Of a stretch of 37,576 nt of DNA, positions 1-8,316 are shown one piece after another; within the stretch, counting starts at the first letter, position 1; every line of letters begins with the position of its first letter. The DNA comes from Candidatus Micrarchaeota archaeon (GTDB lineage: Archaea; Micrarchaeota; Micrarchaeia; Micrarchaeales; CABMGC01), in assembly GCA_027314465.1 (NCBI GenBank), contig DAHVAU010000004.1, positions 1-37,576 of the forward strand, read 5' to 3'. The notes under the pieces are model-generated. The model was not told the origin of the DNA, did not search any database, and was given only the letters and a program-made list of their open reading frames with translations. The position numbers and the translations under genes were made by a program.

Positions 1-139
1 TAACTGAATTACTGACACCGACAACATTGGCCGGATTATTTCCGATTAATAGAGGAGTAGTTGCACTTACGAACGAGCTAAGTGTAATAAACATCAGCAA
101 CAGGATAACCCTATTGCCAGTCCTAATGTATTTATCCAT
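1..139 (-). CDS. 5' part of a CDS running off the window edge; secreted or membrane-anchored protein (signal-peptide-like N-terminus)
   Basis: The ATG at 139 (minus) reads MDKYIRTGNRVILLLMFITLSSFVSATTPLLIGNNPANVVGVSNSV and stays open to position 1. It is below the ORF-track size cutoff. A TTTTTAAA box-A-like element (plus coordinates 161-168) lies about 25-30 nt upstream. Confidence 0.35.
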   Translation of the reverse strand, partial: MDKYIRTGNRVILLLMFITLSSFVSATTPLLIGNNPANVVGVSNSV

Positions 140-312
140 GAGGTTTTATACAAAGAAAGATTTAAAAACAGTACCAGTATATGCCTAGGTAAAACGTGGC
201 TTCTCGTCGAGGGCAGATGGTCTTAGTCGACAAATTCGAGTCCCTTTCATGCTAAGATTATGTTAGACCGGGATGCGAAATGTTCGCTCTATATATAACC
301 CCAAGCGGAATT

Positions 313-385
313 TGGGGAGTCCGTGATTTGAACACGGGTCTTGAACTCCCAAAGCTCAAAGCCTACCAAGCTAGCCTAACTCCCC
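313..385 (-). tRNA. tRNA-Pro: tRNA-Pro (anticodon UGG), CCA not encoded
   Basis: The reverse complement folds by hand into a cloverleaf:
- acceptor GGGGAGT/ACTCCCC plus discriminator A;
- D arm GGCT-AGCTTGGTA-GGCT (with G-U pairs);
- anticodon arm TGAGC-TTTGGGA-GTTCA, loop U-U-UGG-G-A;
- T arm CCGTG-TTCAAAT-CACGG.
A TAATATAG-like TATA (plus about 416-424) lies roughly 30-39 nt upstream of the 5' end. Confidence 0.85.
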
Positions 386-438
386 GCTTTTGCAATCAGT
401 ACATTTGAGGACACGCCTATATTAGGCTTGCTTTTGGC

Positions 439-1392
439 TTACTTTGCTTGCTTTTGCTTGCTTTTTGGCCTTCCCTTTCCCGCGCCTGAAGTGAGCTGCT
501 TGTATATCACTACCGGCAGGATTGTGAGCCAGAAGTTGAGGAATGCGCTAACAAGCGAAACGACGATGACGTATGGGGATGAATAGGCGCTGTGCTCTGC
601 CTGCAGCACAGCGGAAGTTGCAGTTGCATTGGCTGACGCGCCTACTGCAGCATGCGCGGCTATAGATGATGCGATTATGCCAGATATCCACGGGATCTCT
701 ATTATGCCAACTATAACCCACAATATTATGGCCACTATCAGATACGACAGGAAGATGTACCACCAGCTGCCCTGAGTCGCATCCCAGCTCAGCCTGAGCG
801 AGTCTATAGGGCCCTTGCCTGATACAACCAGTGGCATTGATACTGAGATTCTTATCGCCACGTACGCCACGCCTATGAAGTAGAGTATAAACAGTATGGC
901 AAGAAACGGCACCACGGCTGAGAGCACTGCAAGTACCGCTGCCGGTATGCTTATGCCTATACCTATCAGTATCAGAAGCGCCAGCGCGTAGATGTACCTT
1001 CCCAAGGCGCGCGACATTGACTGCGACGCGCCCTTCTTGCGGCCGTAGAACGCGCGCGTCATTATAGTTAGCATGAAGAACAGCGATAGCAGGCCTGCGA
1101 GTAGGTCTATTGTGAAGACCTTCCCCACTATGTCAAGTATGATTAGCACGACTCTATGAGGCGCGCTGGAAGCGGCCAGGCTTGACTGTATTGAGCTGAT
1201 GCTGGAGAGCACAGTGGTAGCCGATATGTATGCTATTGCAGATGTTATTATAGCGAATATTATTGCCAGAACAAGCAGTGTGCTGTCCTTGAACAGAAGA
1301 AGTATGGAGTCATGCACAGTTTCTCCTATATTGCCAGCCATATAGCATGCACCGCATAGTATGGTGCTGGGGAAGATATATAAAGGCGGCAT
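439..1392 (-). CDS. polytopic integral membrane protein, unknown function, basic C-terminal tail
   Basis: 317-aa ORF with an ATG start. It has about 7-8 long hydrophobic segments and ends in the Lys-rich tail GAGKGRPKSKQKQAK. I recognise no catalytic motif. Confidence 0.7.
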   Translation of the reverse strand: MPPLYIFPSTILCGACYMAGNIGETVHDSILLLFKDSTLLVLAIIFAIITSAIAYISATTVLSSISSIQSSLAASSAPHRVVLIILDIVGKVFTIDLLAGLLSLFFMLTIMTRAFYGRKKGASQSMSRALGRYIYALALLILIGIGISIPAAVLAVLSAVVPFLAILFILYFIGVAYVAIRISVSMPLVVSGKGPIDSLRLSWDATQGSWWYIFLSYLIVAIILWVIVGIIEIPWISGIIASSIAAHAAVGASANATATSAVLQAEHSAYSSPYVIVVSLVSAFLNFWLTILPVVIYKQLTSGAGKGRPKSKQKQAK

Positions 1393-1430
1393 TTCAGTAC
1401 GCCGTTTGGATTATCGCCTGGCGGCAAAGC

Positions 1431-2327
1431 CTACTGCTTCTTTTTCTTCTTGCCCGGCATCCTGCCCTTCGGCTTTGGTATCTTGAGGCCGGGGAACATG
1501 TCCATTAGCGTGTCAGGGCTCACCTCAAGGTCCACCTTTATGTTCTGCAGCATCCTTGCAAACAGGTATACGACTGCCGCAGCCCTGATCGACCGGTCTT
1601 GCGCTGCGGCATCGATCCTGCCCTTGGTATCTGCAGAGCACAGCGCCTGAACTATCTTCTCTATGTTGGCTGCGCTCTTTCTCATGGTGCCGGTTATCTG
1701 CGATGCGTATTCGTCAAGCGCCTCAGTATCTACCCCAAGTACCTGAGGGGCCTTCCTGTCTGTGGCTAGGCGTATTGATGAGAGATGAGCGGACACTTCC
1801 TCAGGCTTAGTGGCGCCGGATATTGAGAGCTTTTTTACCGATATCCACTCGCCGTACTTGGCCATGAAAGAGATTCCCTCTGACTGCGGCTGAGCGATCT
1901 GGGAAGCCTTCTTAGGCTGCGCGATCTGGGCTGCGCTGTCCTTAGACAGGTACCACTGCAGACCCAGACGCCTTAGGGCTGACCTGAAGATATATGCCTT
2001 TGCGAACGGCCTGAGTTCCTCCCTGGCAGATGAGGCAGCGTTTATGCTCTGCTCGGCTTGCTGCGATCCCAGGGCCTTGTACACTGCAGGTATTGAGGAA
2101 TAGTCGTTCTTCTTAAGGTCCTTTGTAATTGATGCTGAGCAGGAATCAAGCAGCTTGGTTTCTATTCCCAGTACCTCGAACGCCTTCTCAGCAACCTCCT
2201 CACGTATGGACACGAGGTATGATGCTATCTCCCTTGGCGTAGTCGAGCTTCCTATCTCAAGGCTGCTGGCTGCACTCCAGTTCTTGTATCTGGCCAGGAA
2301 ATCTATCGAGTCTGGGCTCTGTGCCAT
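1431..2327 (-). CDS. cytoplasmic protein built from two tandem copies of a ~140-aa helical domain, poly-Lys C-terminus
   Basis: 298-aa ORF with an ATG start. The N-terminal half (PDSIDFLARYKNWSAASSLEIGSSTTPREIASYLVSIREEVAEKAFEVLGIETKLLDSCSASIT) aligns with the C-terminal half (EGISFMAKYGEWISVKKLSISGATKPEEVSAHLSSIRLATDRKAPQVLGVDTEALDEYASQIT). The linker carries AQIAQP twice. The protein ends in GKKKKKQ. Confidence 0.7.
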   Translation of the reverse strand: MAQSPDSIDFLARYKNWSAASSLEIGSSTTPREIASYLVSIREEVAEKAFEVLGIETKLLDSCSASITKDLKKNDYSSIPAVYKALGSQQAEQSINAASSAREELRPFAKAYIFRSALRRLGLQWYLSKDSAAQIAQPKKASQIAQPQSEGISFMAKYGEWISVKKLSISGATKPEEVSAHLSSIRLATDRKAPQVLGVDTEALDEYASQITGTMRKSAANIEKIVQALCSADTKGRIDAAAQDRSIRAAAVVYLFARMLQNIKVDLEVSPDTLMDMFPGLKIPKPKGRMPGKKKKKQ

Positions 2328-2353
2328 GCGCTACACCCAACATTATGCAGCGA

Positions 2354-2584
2354 CTAGGCGGCAGGAACTACGTAGTATCCAGAGGCCTTCTCCCTTGCCA
2401 CTCTCTTTATGACACTCTTTTGCAGAAGTGTGACAAGCGCGTTGTTCACCATGCTCTTTGGCCTGTTGCACTTCTTGGCTATGTCATCAGCTGTCTTCTT
2501 CTTCTCGTCACTTGTGGCACCCAGGTCCTTCATCGCCTGGACTACAAGGCTCTCTATCGGGTTCAGATCTACCATTGCGATCAC
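2354..2584 (-). CDS. small winged-helix DNA-binding protein
   Basis: 76-aa ORF with a GTG at 2584 and an alternative ATG at 2575. The pattern LVVQAMKDLG...ADDIAKKCNRPKSMVNNALVTLLQKSVIKRV...GYYVV is typical of a wHTH (helix-turn-helix followed by a beta wing). Confidence 0.65.
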   Translation of the reverse strand: MIAMVDLNPIESLVVQAMKDLGATSDEKKKTADDIAKKCNRPKSMVNNALVTLLQKSVIKRVAREKASGYYVVPAA

Positions 2585-2598
2585 TCAGCATTAGCTAG

Positions 2599-2757
2599 TT
2601 ATTTCTTGACTCTCTTATCCTTCCTCTTTGCCCTGAGGTACCTGCAGCCGCACTTCCTGCACTTCTCTACTCCGACCTTGTTCCTGGACTTGCATCTCCT
2701 GCAGATTACCATCCTGCCGAGTACCTCGTCTGCCAGCGGAAACTTTCCCATTCTCAT
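2599..2757 (-). CDS. rpl40e: 50S ribosomal protein L40e
   Basis: MRMGKFPLADEVLGRMVICRRCKSRNKVGVEKCRKCGCRYLRAKRKDKRVKK has the L40e size and the C-x2-C...C-x2-C zinc ribbon with a basic tail. The ORF-track start at 2817 is a 5' over-extension. A TATA-like CTATATC (plus 2781-2789) lies about 25-30 nt upstream of the ATG at 2757. An alternative ATG is at 2751. Confidence 0.8.
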   Translation of the reverse strand: MRMGKFPLADEVLGRMVICRRCKSRNKVGVEKCRKCGCRYLRAKRKDKRVKK

Positions 2758-2914
2758 GACACCTAAATTCAGGGTATTAGATATAGCGTAAGTATTGTAC
2801 AAAGGTATTATAAGCATTAACGCAGATAAACCTATAGAGCTAATCTATACGTTAGCCTTGGCGAAGAACCTTTATAACCTTTGCCATTTTCATCTAATAT
2901 ACGCTGGTTGTATT

Positions 2915-5074
2915 ATGTCAAATTCTATGGAGCTTACAGTGGCAGATGCGCTTGTGACCGACTCGGGGCGCAGCATTGCCAGGATAGACTCCAAGTCAAG
3001 AACTGCCCTTGGGATAAACACTGGGGACATAATAGAGATAAAAGGCAGGCTCAAGGCCACAGCCGCAGTCGCATGGCAGGCGCACCCTAGCGACGAGGGC
3101 CTTGGCTTCATAAGAATAGATGGTTATCTGAGGCAGAACCTTGGAGTAGGCATAGGGGACAAGGTATTCATATCAAAGGCGGCAGTTAAGGATGCGGAGC
3201 GTGTCGTGATTGCTCCGCCCCCAGGGCAGAAGCCGCCGCTATCCCCAGACTTCACTGAGTATGCAAAGCGAAGGCTCGATGGAAGGCCCCTTGCAAAGGG
3301 GGACTCGGTTCCAATACCGATGTTTGGCATAGTGTTCAACTTCATAGTCATACAGGTCGTTCCTCACGGTATAGTGAAGGTTGCCAGTACAACCAACTTC
3401 ATAGTGCGCCCGGAGCCTGTGCCGGAGTCTGCAGTAAAGATAGGGGACGTGCACTACGAGGACATAGGAGGCCTTGACGATGCGAAGCAGAAGATAAGGG
3501 AGATGGTAGAGCTGCCTATACGTAGGCCTGAACTGTTCGAGGCTCTTGGCATAGAGCCGCCCAGGGGAGTGCTTCTGTACGGCTCGCCTGGCACCGGAAA
3601 GACGCTGCTTGCAAAGGCTGTCGCAAACGAGAGCGATGCCAACTTCATATCGATATCAGGCCCTGAGCTTGTGAGCAAGTTCGTAGGAGAGAGCGAGGAG
3701 AGGCTAAGGGAGATATTCAAGCAGGCAGCAGAGAAGGCCCCTACCATCATATTCATGGATGAGATAGACGCCATAGCCCCGAGAAGGGACGAGTCCACCA
3801 ACGAGGTGGAGAAGAGGATGGTCTCGCAGCTGCTCACGCTAATGGACGGAATGAATACTCGCGGCCAGGTGATAGTGCTTGGAGCCACGAACCGCCCAGA
3901 CTCGATAGACCCTGCATTGCGCAGGCCGGGGAGGTTCGACAGGGAGATAGAGATAGGCGTGCCCAGCAGGGAGGCGCGTAAGACCATACTGCAGATACAC
4001 ACACGAAACGTTCCGCTCAAGGACGATGTCAAACTCGAGGAGCTGGCAAGCATGACCCACGGATATACGGGCGCGGACCTTGCCGCTCTTGTAAGAGAGG
4101 CCGCAATGTCAAAGCTAAGGGAGGAGATTCCCGGACTTGACTACTCGCAGCCGATACCCAGCAACAAGCTTCTTAGCCTAAAGGTGTCCATGAACAACTT
4201 CATAGACGCAATGAGGAACATCCAGCCCAGCGCACTAAGGGAGGTATTCGTGGAGAGGCCAAATGTGCACTGGAGCGACATAGGCGCGCTTGACAAGGTA
4301 AAGGACGAGCTAAGGGAGTCCATAGAGCTGCCGATAAAAAGCCCGGAGTCGTTCGAGAAGATGGGCATAAGGCCAGTGAAGGGCCTATTGCTTGTTGGCC
4401 CTCCTGGAGTCGGAAAGACGCTGCTTGCAAAGGCCGTTGCTACAGAGCGTGAGTCGAACTTCATATCGATAAACGGGCCCGAGGTTCTAAGCAAGTACGT
4501 CGGAGACAGCGAGAAGACAGTGCGGGAGATATTCAGGAAGGCAAGGCTCGCTGCGCCATGCATAATATTCATTGATGAGATTGATTCTATAACTAATGCC
4601 AGAGGGACTCCTGATGATGTAGGAAACAGGGTCTCGCAGCGCGTGGTGGACACACTTCTAACAGAGATGGACGGACTCAAGGAGCTCAAGAACGTTGTAG
4701 TGCTTGCCGCAACTAACCGCCCTGAAGACATGGATCCTGCGCGGCTAAGGCCTGGGAGGTTCGACAAGATAATAGAGATCCCTATGCCTGACTACGAGGC
4801 AAGACTCAAGATATTCGGGATACACACAAGGCGCATGCCTCTTGACAAGGACGTGAGCAGGGAGCAGCTGGCGGAGATGACTGACAATTACACTGGAGCG
4901 GAGATAGAGAACCTGTGCAGGGAGGCAGGCATGAATGCCATACGCCACAGCAAGAACATTGTGAGCATGGCCGACTTCAAGCACGCGATGGAAGAAGTCA
5001 AGCCTGCGGTGCCAAAGGAGGTGGCTGAGAGGATAAGCAGGTTCAAGGAGGAGCCCCAGAGCATGTACAGGTAG
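2915..5074 (+). CDS. cdc48: Cdc48/VCP/p97-type double-ring AAA+ ATPase
   Basis: - N-domain: ARIDSKSRTALGINTGDIIEIKG.
- D1: Walker A GSPGTGKT, Walker B IIFMDEID.
- D2: Walker A GPPGVGKT, Walker B IIFIDEID.
- Second region of homology: ATNRPDSIDPALRRPGRFD and ATNRPEDMDPARLRPGRFD.
- C-terminus ...SMYR, which is HbYX-like.
The start is set at ATG 2915 (MSNSMELTV). The ORF-track start at 2795 is an upstream extension. TTTATAA lies at 2871-2877. Confidence 0.95.
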   Translation: MSNSMELTVADALVTDSGRSIARIDSKSRTALGINTGDIIEIKGRLKATAAVAWQAHPSDEGLGFIRIDGYLRQNLGVGIGDKVFISKAAVKDAERVVIAPPPGQKPPLSPDFTEYAKRRLDGRPLAKGDSVPIPMFGIVFNFIVIQVVPHGIVKVASTTNFIVRPEPVPESAVKIGDVHYEDIGGLDDAKQKIREMVELPIRRPELFEALGIEPPRGVLLYGSPGTGKTLLAKAVANESDANFISISGPELVSKFVGESEERLREIFKQAAEKAPTIIFMDEIDAIAPRRDESTNEVEKRMVSQLLTLMDGMNTRGQVIVLGATNRPDSIDPALRRPGRFDREIEIGVPSREARKTILQIHTRNVPLKDDVKLEELASMTHGYTGADLAALVREAAMSKLREEIPGLDYSQPIPSNKLLSLKVSMNNFIDAMRNIQPSALREVFVERPNVHWSDIGALDKVKDELRESIELPIKSPESFEKMGIRPVKGLLLVGPPGVGKTLLAKAVATERESNFISINGPEVLSKYVGDSEKTVREIFRKARLAAPCIIFIDEIDSITNARGTPDDVGNRVSQRVVDTLLTEMDGLKELKNVVVLAATNRPEDMDPARLRPGRFDKIIEIPMPDYEARLKIFGIHTRRMPLDKDVSREQLAEMTDNYTGAEIENLCREAGMNAIRHSKNIVSMADFKHAMEEVKPAVPKEVAERISRFKEEPQSMYR

Positions 5075-5094
5075 GCGTAACGTTTAGTGGTTTT

Positions 5095-5481
5095 ATGAAA
5101 CTAGTATATTCTGACAAGAAGACAGGCAAGACAGGGCAGGTAGACATAGCCAAGGACAGGGAGAACCTTGTCGTTGGACGATCGATGGGCGAGACCATAG
5201 ACGGCAGCGTAGGCGGGCTCGATGGGTTCAAGCTGCTGATAACCGGCCTGAGTGACAGCGCGGGCGCGCCGTCAAGGCCTGAGATAGAGGGCACCAGGAA
5301 GGCAAGGCCGCTCATAGGCAGCGGGCCCGGGATGAGGCACCCGAAGAAGGGTTTCAGGGCCAGGAGGTCTGTGCGCGGATCGACGGTGAGCTCTGATACT
5401 GCGCAGGTCAACACAGTGATAACAGAATACGGCGCAAAGCCCGCGGAGGAGCTGTTCAGGCCCAAGGAGAAGAAGGAGTAA
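5095..5481 (+). CDS. rps6e: 30S ribosomal protein S6e
   Basis: MKLVYSDKKTGKTGQVDI...GFKLLITGLSDSAGAPSRPEIEGTRKARPLIGSGPGMRHPKKGFRARRSVRGSTVSSDTAQVN matches the archaeal S6e pattern. It sits next to eif2g, as in many archaea. Confidence 0.9.
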   Translation: MKLVYSDKKTGKTGQVDIAKDRENLVVGRSMGETIDGSVGGLDGFKLLITGLSDSAGAPSRPEIEGTRKARPLIGSGPGMRHPKKGFRARRSVRGSTVSSDTAQVNTVITEYGAKPAEELFRPKEKKE

Positions 5482-5483
5482 TA

Positions 5484-5924
5484 TTGACTAGTTCCCTGAA
5501 AAGACGCCAGGCATACCCGGAAGTCGCGGTCGGCACGTTCATAATGAACAGGAAGGGGGAGCTGCTGCTCGTATCCTCATACAAGTGGCCTGGAGTTTAT
5601 GCCGTCGCAGGCGGCCACGTTGAGCTCGGGGAGAGCATCGCAGAGGCCGCTGAGCGCGAGGCGCTTGAGGAGACTGGGCTTAAGGTGAGGTTCAGGCGCA
5701 TAATAAACATGCAGGAAGCAATATACCCCAGGGGATTTGTGACGAAAAGGCACTTCATATTCATTGACGTTGTATGCGACGCAATTACAACGAAGGTGAG
5801 GCTCGATGGTAATGAACTGCAGGGCTACAGGTGGATAAAGCCGCGTGCTGCGCTCAGGCTAAGGTTAAATACTTATACGCGAAAAGCAATACAGGACATA
5901 CTGAAAGGCAAGAGGATAGTCTGA
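5484..5924 (+). CDS. Nudix hydrolase
   Basis: The Nudix box G-x5-E-x7-REUxEExGU is seen as GGHVELGESIAEAAEREALEETGL. The apparent start is TTG, 2 nt after the rps6e stop. The first ATG (MNRKGELL) would truncate the first beta-strand of the fold. Confidence 0.85.
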   Translation: MTSSLKRRQAYPEVAVGTFIMNRKGELLLVSSYKWPGVYAVAGGHVELGESIAEAAEREALEETGLKVRFRRIINMQEAIYPRGFVTKRHFIFIDVVCDAITTKVRLDGNELQGYRWIKPRAALRLRLNTYTRKAIQDILKGKRIV

Positions 5925-5929
5925 TACAC

Positions 5930-7141
5930 ATGCTTAAGCAGAGCGAATTCAACATAGGCACACTGGGTCACGTGGACCACGGCAAGACCACGCTTACTTC
6001 GGCGATAACCCACCAGTGGACTGACACGCATAGCGAGAGCGTGAAGCGAAGCATGACCATAAAGCTCGGCTACGCTGACGCAACTATAAGCAGGTGCGAT
6101 GCCAAGGACGGAACCATTACGTACACTACTGCCGACGCATGCCCCGATGGCTCAAAGCCCGTGCCTGTCAGGAAGATATCGCTGCTCGACTCGCCGGGGC
6201 ACGAAACGCTCATGGCCACTGCCATAGCCAGATCGAGCATAATAGACGCAGCCATGTTCGTTATCTCGGCAGCGGAGCCGTGCCCCATGCCCCAGACAAG
6301 AGAGCACCTGATGATCATCAATGCACTTGACATAACCAACGTTGTCGTGGTGCAGACCAAGATAGACATAATAGGGATGGAGAAGGCAAAGGCGCACTAC
6401 GCGCAGATAAGGCAGTTCCTTAAGGGCAGCAAGATAGAGAATGCGCCCATAGTGCCGGTCATGGCGAACAAGAACGTCAATATCGATGCAGTCCTCGAAG
6501 AGATAATAAAGCTCAAGATGCCTGAGAGGGACACTAAGTCAGACCCCATAATGTACGTTGCAAGGTCGTTCGACGTGAACAGACCTGGAAGCGCCATAAA
6601 GGACCTCAATGGCGGAGTCATAGGCGGATCGATAATAAGGGGCAAGCTGAAGATAGGCGACGAGATCGAGATAAGGCCCGGGCTGAACACTGCCAAGGAC
6701 AAGTCCAAGAGAGAGGCTTACGAACCGATATTCACAAAAGTTGAGAGCCTGTCTGCAGGGCAGGATCATCTTGACGAGGCAGTTGCAGGAGGGCTCATAG
6801 CCATAGGCACTGACGTGGATCCGGCATTCACCAAGGCTGACGGCCTTGTTGGACAGGTGCTTGGCCTTGCAGGCAAGCTTCCGGAGCCCATCCAGTCAGC
6901 TGAGCTACACTATGTATCGCTCAACAGAAGCGACATACCTAAGGCAGCTTTCAGGGATGGAGAGCCTGTGCTTCTGGGAGTTGGAACTGGCACGGTAGTA
7001 GGATATGTCAAGAGGGCCAGGAAGGACAGGGTACAGGTTGACTTCAAGCACACAGTGTGCATTGACAGAGCTGCAAAGATATCGCTTCTAAGGAACTTTG
7101 CACAGCGATGGAGGCTCTCAGGCTTTTGCACTCTGCGCTGA
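5930..7141 (+). CDS. eif2g: translation initiation factor aIF2 gamma subunit
   Basis: The G1 motif is GHVDHGKTTL, G3 is DSPGHE and G4 is QTKID, followed by EF-Tu-like beta-barrel domains II/III. The start is set at ATG 5930 (MLKQSEFNIGTLGHVDHGKT). The ORF-track start at 5831 overlaps the Nudix gene and is an over-extension. Confidence 0.93.
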   Translation: MLKQSEFNIGTLGHVDHGKTTLTSAITHQWTDTHSESVKRSMTIKLGYADATISRCDAKDGTITYTTADACPDGSKPVPVRKISLLDSPGHETLMATAIARSSIIDAAMFVISAAEPCPMPQTREHLMIINALDITNVVVVQTKIDIIGMEKAKAHYAQIRQFLKGSKIENAPIVPVMANKNVNIDAVLEEIIKLKMPERDTKSDPIMYVARSFDVNRPGSAIKDLNGGVIGGSIIRGKLKIGDEIEIRPGLNTAKDKSKREAYEPIFTKVESLSAGQDHLDEAVAGGLIAIGTDVDPAFTKADGLVGQVLGLAGKLPEPIQSAELHYVSLNRSDIPKAAFRDGEPVLLGVGTGTVVGYVKRARKDRVQVDFKHTVCIDRAAKISLLRNFAQRWRLSGFCTLR

Positions 7142-7159
7142 TCCCTGATCAGGGCCTTT

Positions 7160-8140
7160 CTATTTAACGAGCTGCTCGATCTTTACCTGTATGAAGTCTG
7201 CCAGTCTCCTTTTCTGGGCCGCTGTGCGCAGCTTGCCGAACCTCTTGTCCACGTTGAATCCGGAGGCGTGAGGATGGCCTCCGCCTCCAAGGGCGCTGGC
7301 AAGACGGGATATATCTCCGTCCTCGCACCTTAAGTGGCCGCGCATGTTTGAAGTATTGATGTATATCCCTATCTCCTTGCCGCTGCGCTCCATGAGCGAT
7401 ACGCATCCTGCAGTGGACTGCACGTAGCTTGAGAAGCCTATCGCTGCCCTTGGATAGAGAAGCATTGACTTCACCATGCCATCTATGCGCCTGTCATTTA
7501 ACCTCTTGAATCTCTGTGCATCGTCCCTTACGGCTTTGTCATACAGCCTTCCAGAGCTTATTACATCGGCAAGATGGCGCAGCCTGGCAGTCATCCTCTC
7601 CCTTGACTTGAGTATGCCGTAGGAGGTTATGCTTAGGGCGTACGTACCCACGGTCTTGTAATCCTTGCTCGACTTGGGAGTTATGTTGAAGTCTGAGTAG
7701 TGTACAAGCCTGACGAACTGCCTTGTGAACCTGTCCTTGAAGCCAAGCTCCCTGTAGGTTATCTCTGTTGCGCAGAAACGCTCGTTCTCCCCTACCACTG
7801 CTAGCTCGCAGAGGGGAGTAAGCTCGTCTATTGCACGCTTGGGCCAGGGGTGGTGATCAAGCCATATTACCTTTCCCCCACCCTTTAGCACAGATTCCAG
7901 AATGTGCCTGTAGCCTTCTATGAGCGACTCGTTGGTACCAAGATCCGCAAGGAACAGCGTGATTGCTGACTTATACAGCGGCCTTAGCCTGCTGTCCACG
8001 TATTCCAGTGAACTTTTTGAATAGTCTGAGAAGAAGAGCCTTTTGAGCGGCACAGCGTACTTTCTGCGTATCAGCGCGGCGCTCCCTACACCGTCTATGT
8101 CGCTGGCATGCGATATCACGCATATGTTCTCCATCATCAT
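7160..8140 (-). CDS. DHH/DHHA1-family phosphoesterase (NrnA/RecJ-like small form)
   Basis: - Motif I: HASDIDGVGS.
- DHH motif: WLDHHPW.
- DHHA1 motif: GGGGHPHASGF.
The ORF is 326 aa with an ATG start (MMMEN). Confidence 0.8.
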   Translation of the reverse strand: MMMENICVISHASDIDGVGSAALIRRKYAVPLKRLFFSDYSKSSLEYVDSRLRPLYKSAITLFLADLGTNESLIEGYRHILESVLKGGGKVIWLDHHPWPKRAIDELTPLCELAVVGENERFCATEITYRELGFKDRFTRQFVRLVHYSDFNITPKSSKDYKTVGTYALSITSYGILKSRERMTARLRHLADVISSGRLYDKAVRDDAQRFKRLNDRRIDGMVKSMLLYPRAAIGFSSYVQSTAGCVSLMERSGKEIGIYINTSNMRGHLRCEDGDISRLASALGGGGHPHASGFNVDKRFGKLRTAAQKRRLADFIQVKIEQLVK

Positions 8141-8279
8141 GACCTAATTGCCGCATAATGCTTAAATGCCTGAGCCTGAGGCTGAGGCTGAGGAGGGAAA
8201 CATAGGCAATTTGATGCCTACATAGTCTGTAGGCATCTGGCCATTGCCCGTCGCGCAATCAATCCATTAGAAGGGAAAG

Positions 8280-8308
8280 GGCCCGCATGGGGAAGAAGAT
8301 TGCGGGCC
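8280..8308 (-). terminator. stem-loop immediately downstream of the 8317-8844 gene (candidate transcript end)
   Basis: A perfect 8-bp stem GGCCCGCA (8280-8287) / TGCGGGCC (8301-8308) encloses a 13-nt loop, 9 nt past the stop codon. On the minus strand it is followed by the pyrimidine/T-rich run CTTTCCCTTC. Confidence 0.45.
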
Positions 8309-8316
8309 TCTTTCTC

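Noticed and set aside
140-312. 173-nt spacer downstream of tRNA-Pro with TATATATA (291-298), a GTCGA/TCGAC hairpin (about 205-230) and a TTTT run on the minus strand. Considered as a second tRNA, an intron-containing tRNA or a C/D-box sRNA.
   Set aside because: I could not fold a cloverleaf with a T-loop on either strand, and there are no C (UGAUGA) or D (CUGA) box pairs. The evidence is insufficient to call an RNA gene.
2321-2791. 156-aa plus-strand ORF spanning the region opposite the wHTH and rpl40e genes.
   Set aside because: It is antisense to two compact genes with recognisable folds (a zinc-ribbon L40e and a wHTH). Its sequence is hydrophobic and low-complexity, and it has no promoter.
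2795-2914. Upstream extensions of ORF-track models: cdc48 from 2795, eif2g from 5831, the KH protein from 9514, rpl40e to 2817, and the regulator from 33699.
   Set aside because: The extensions add non-homologous N-terminal residues, overlap neighbouring genes or promoters, and bypass ATGs that coincide with the conserved N-termini. The shorter models were adopted. For 33699 the longer model remains a possible alternative.
3454-4767. 199-aa and 208-aa minus-strand ORFs inside cdc48.
   Set aside because: These are Ser/Leu-rich antisense frames of the two AAA+ modules. The plus-strand reading has perfect Walker motifs.
8170-8193. TGAG(C/G)C hexamer repeated about four times (tgagcc tgaggc tgaggc tgagga) upstream of the DHH gene. 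Considered as a CRISPR or regulatory repeat.
   Set aside because: It is too short and has no spacers, so it is not a CRISPR array. It is a simple microsatellite-like tract with no supporting context. No CRISPR array is present anywhere in the window.
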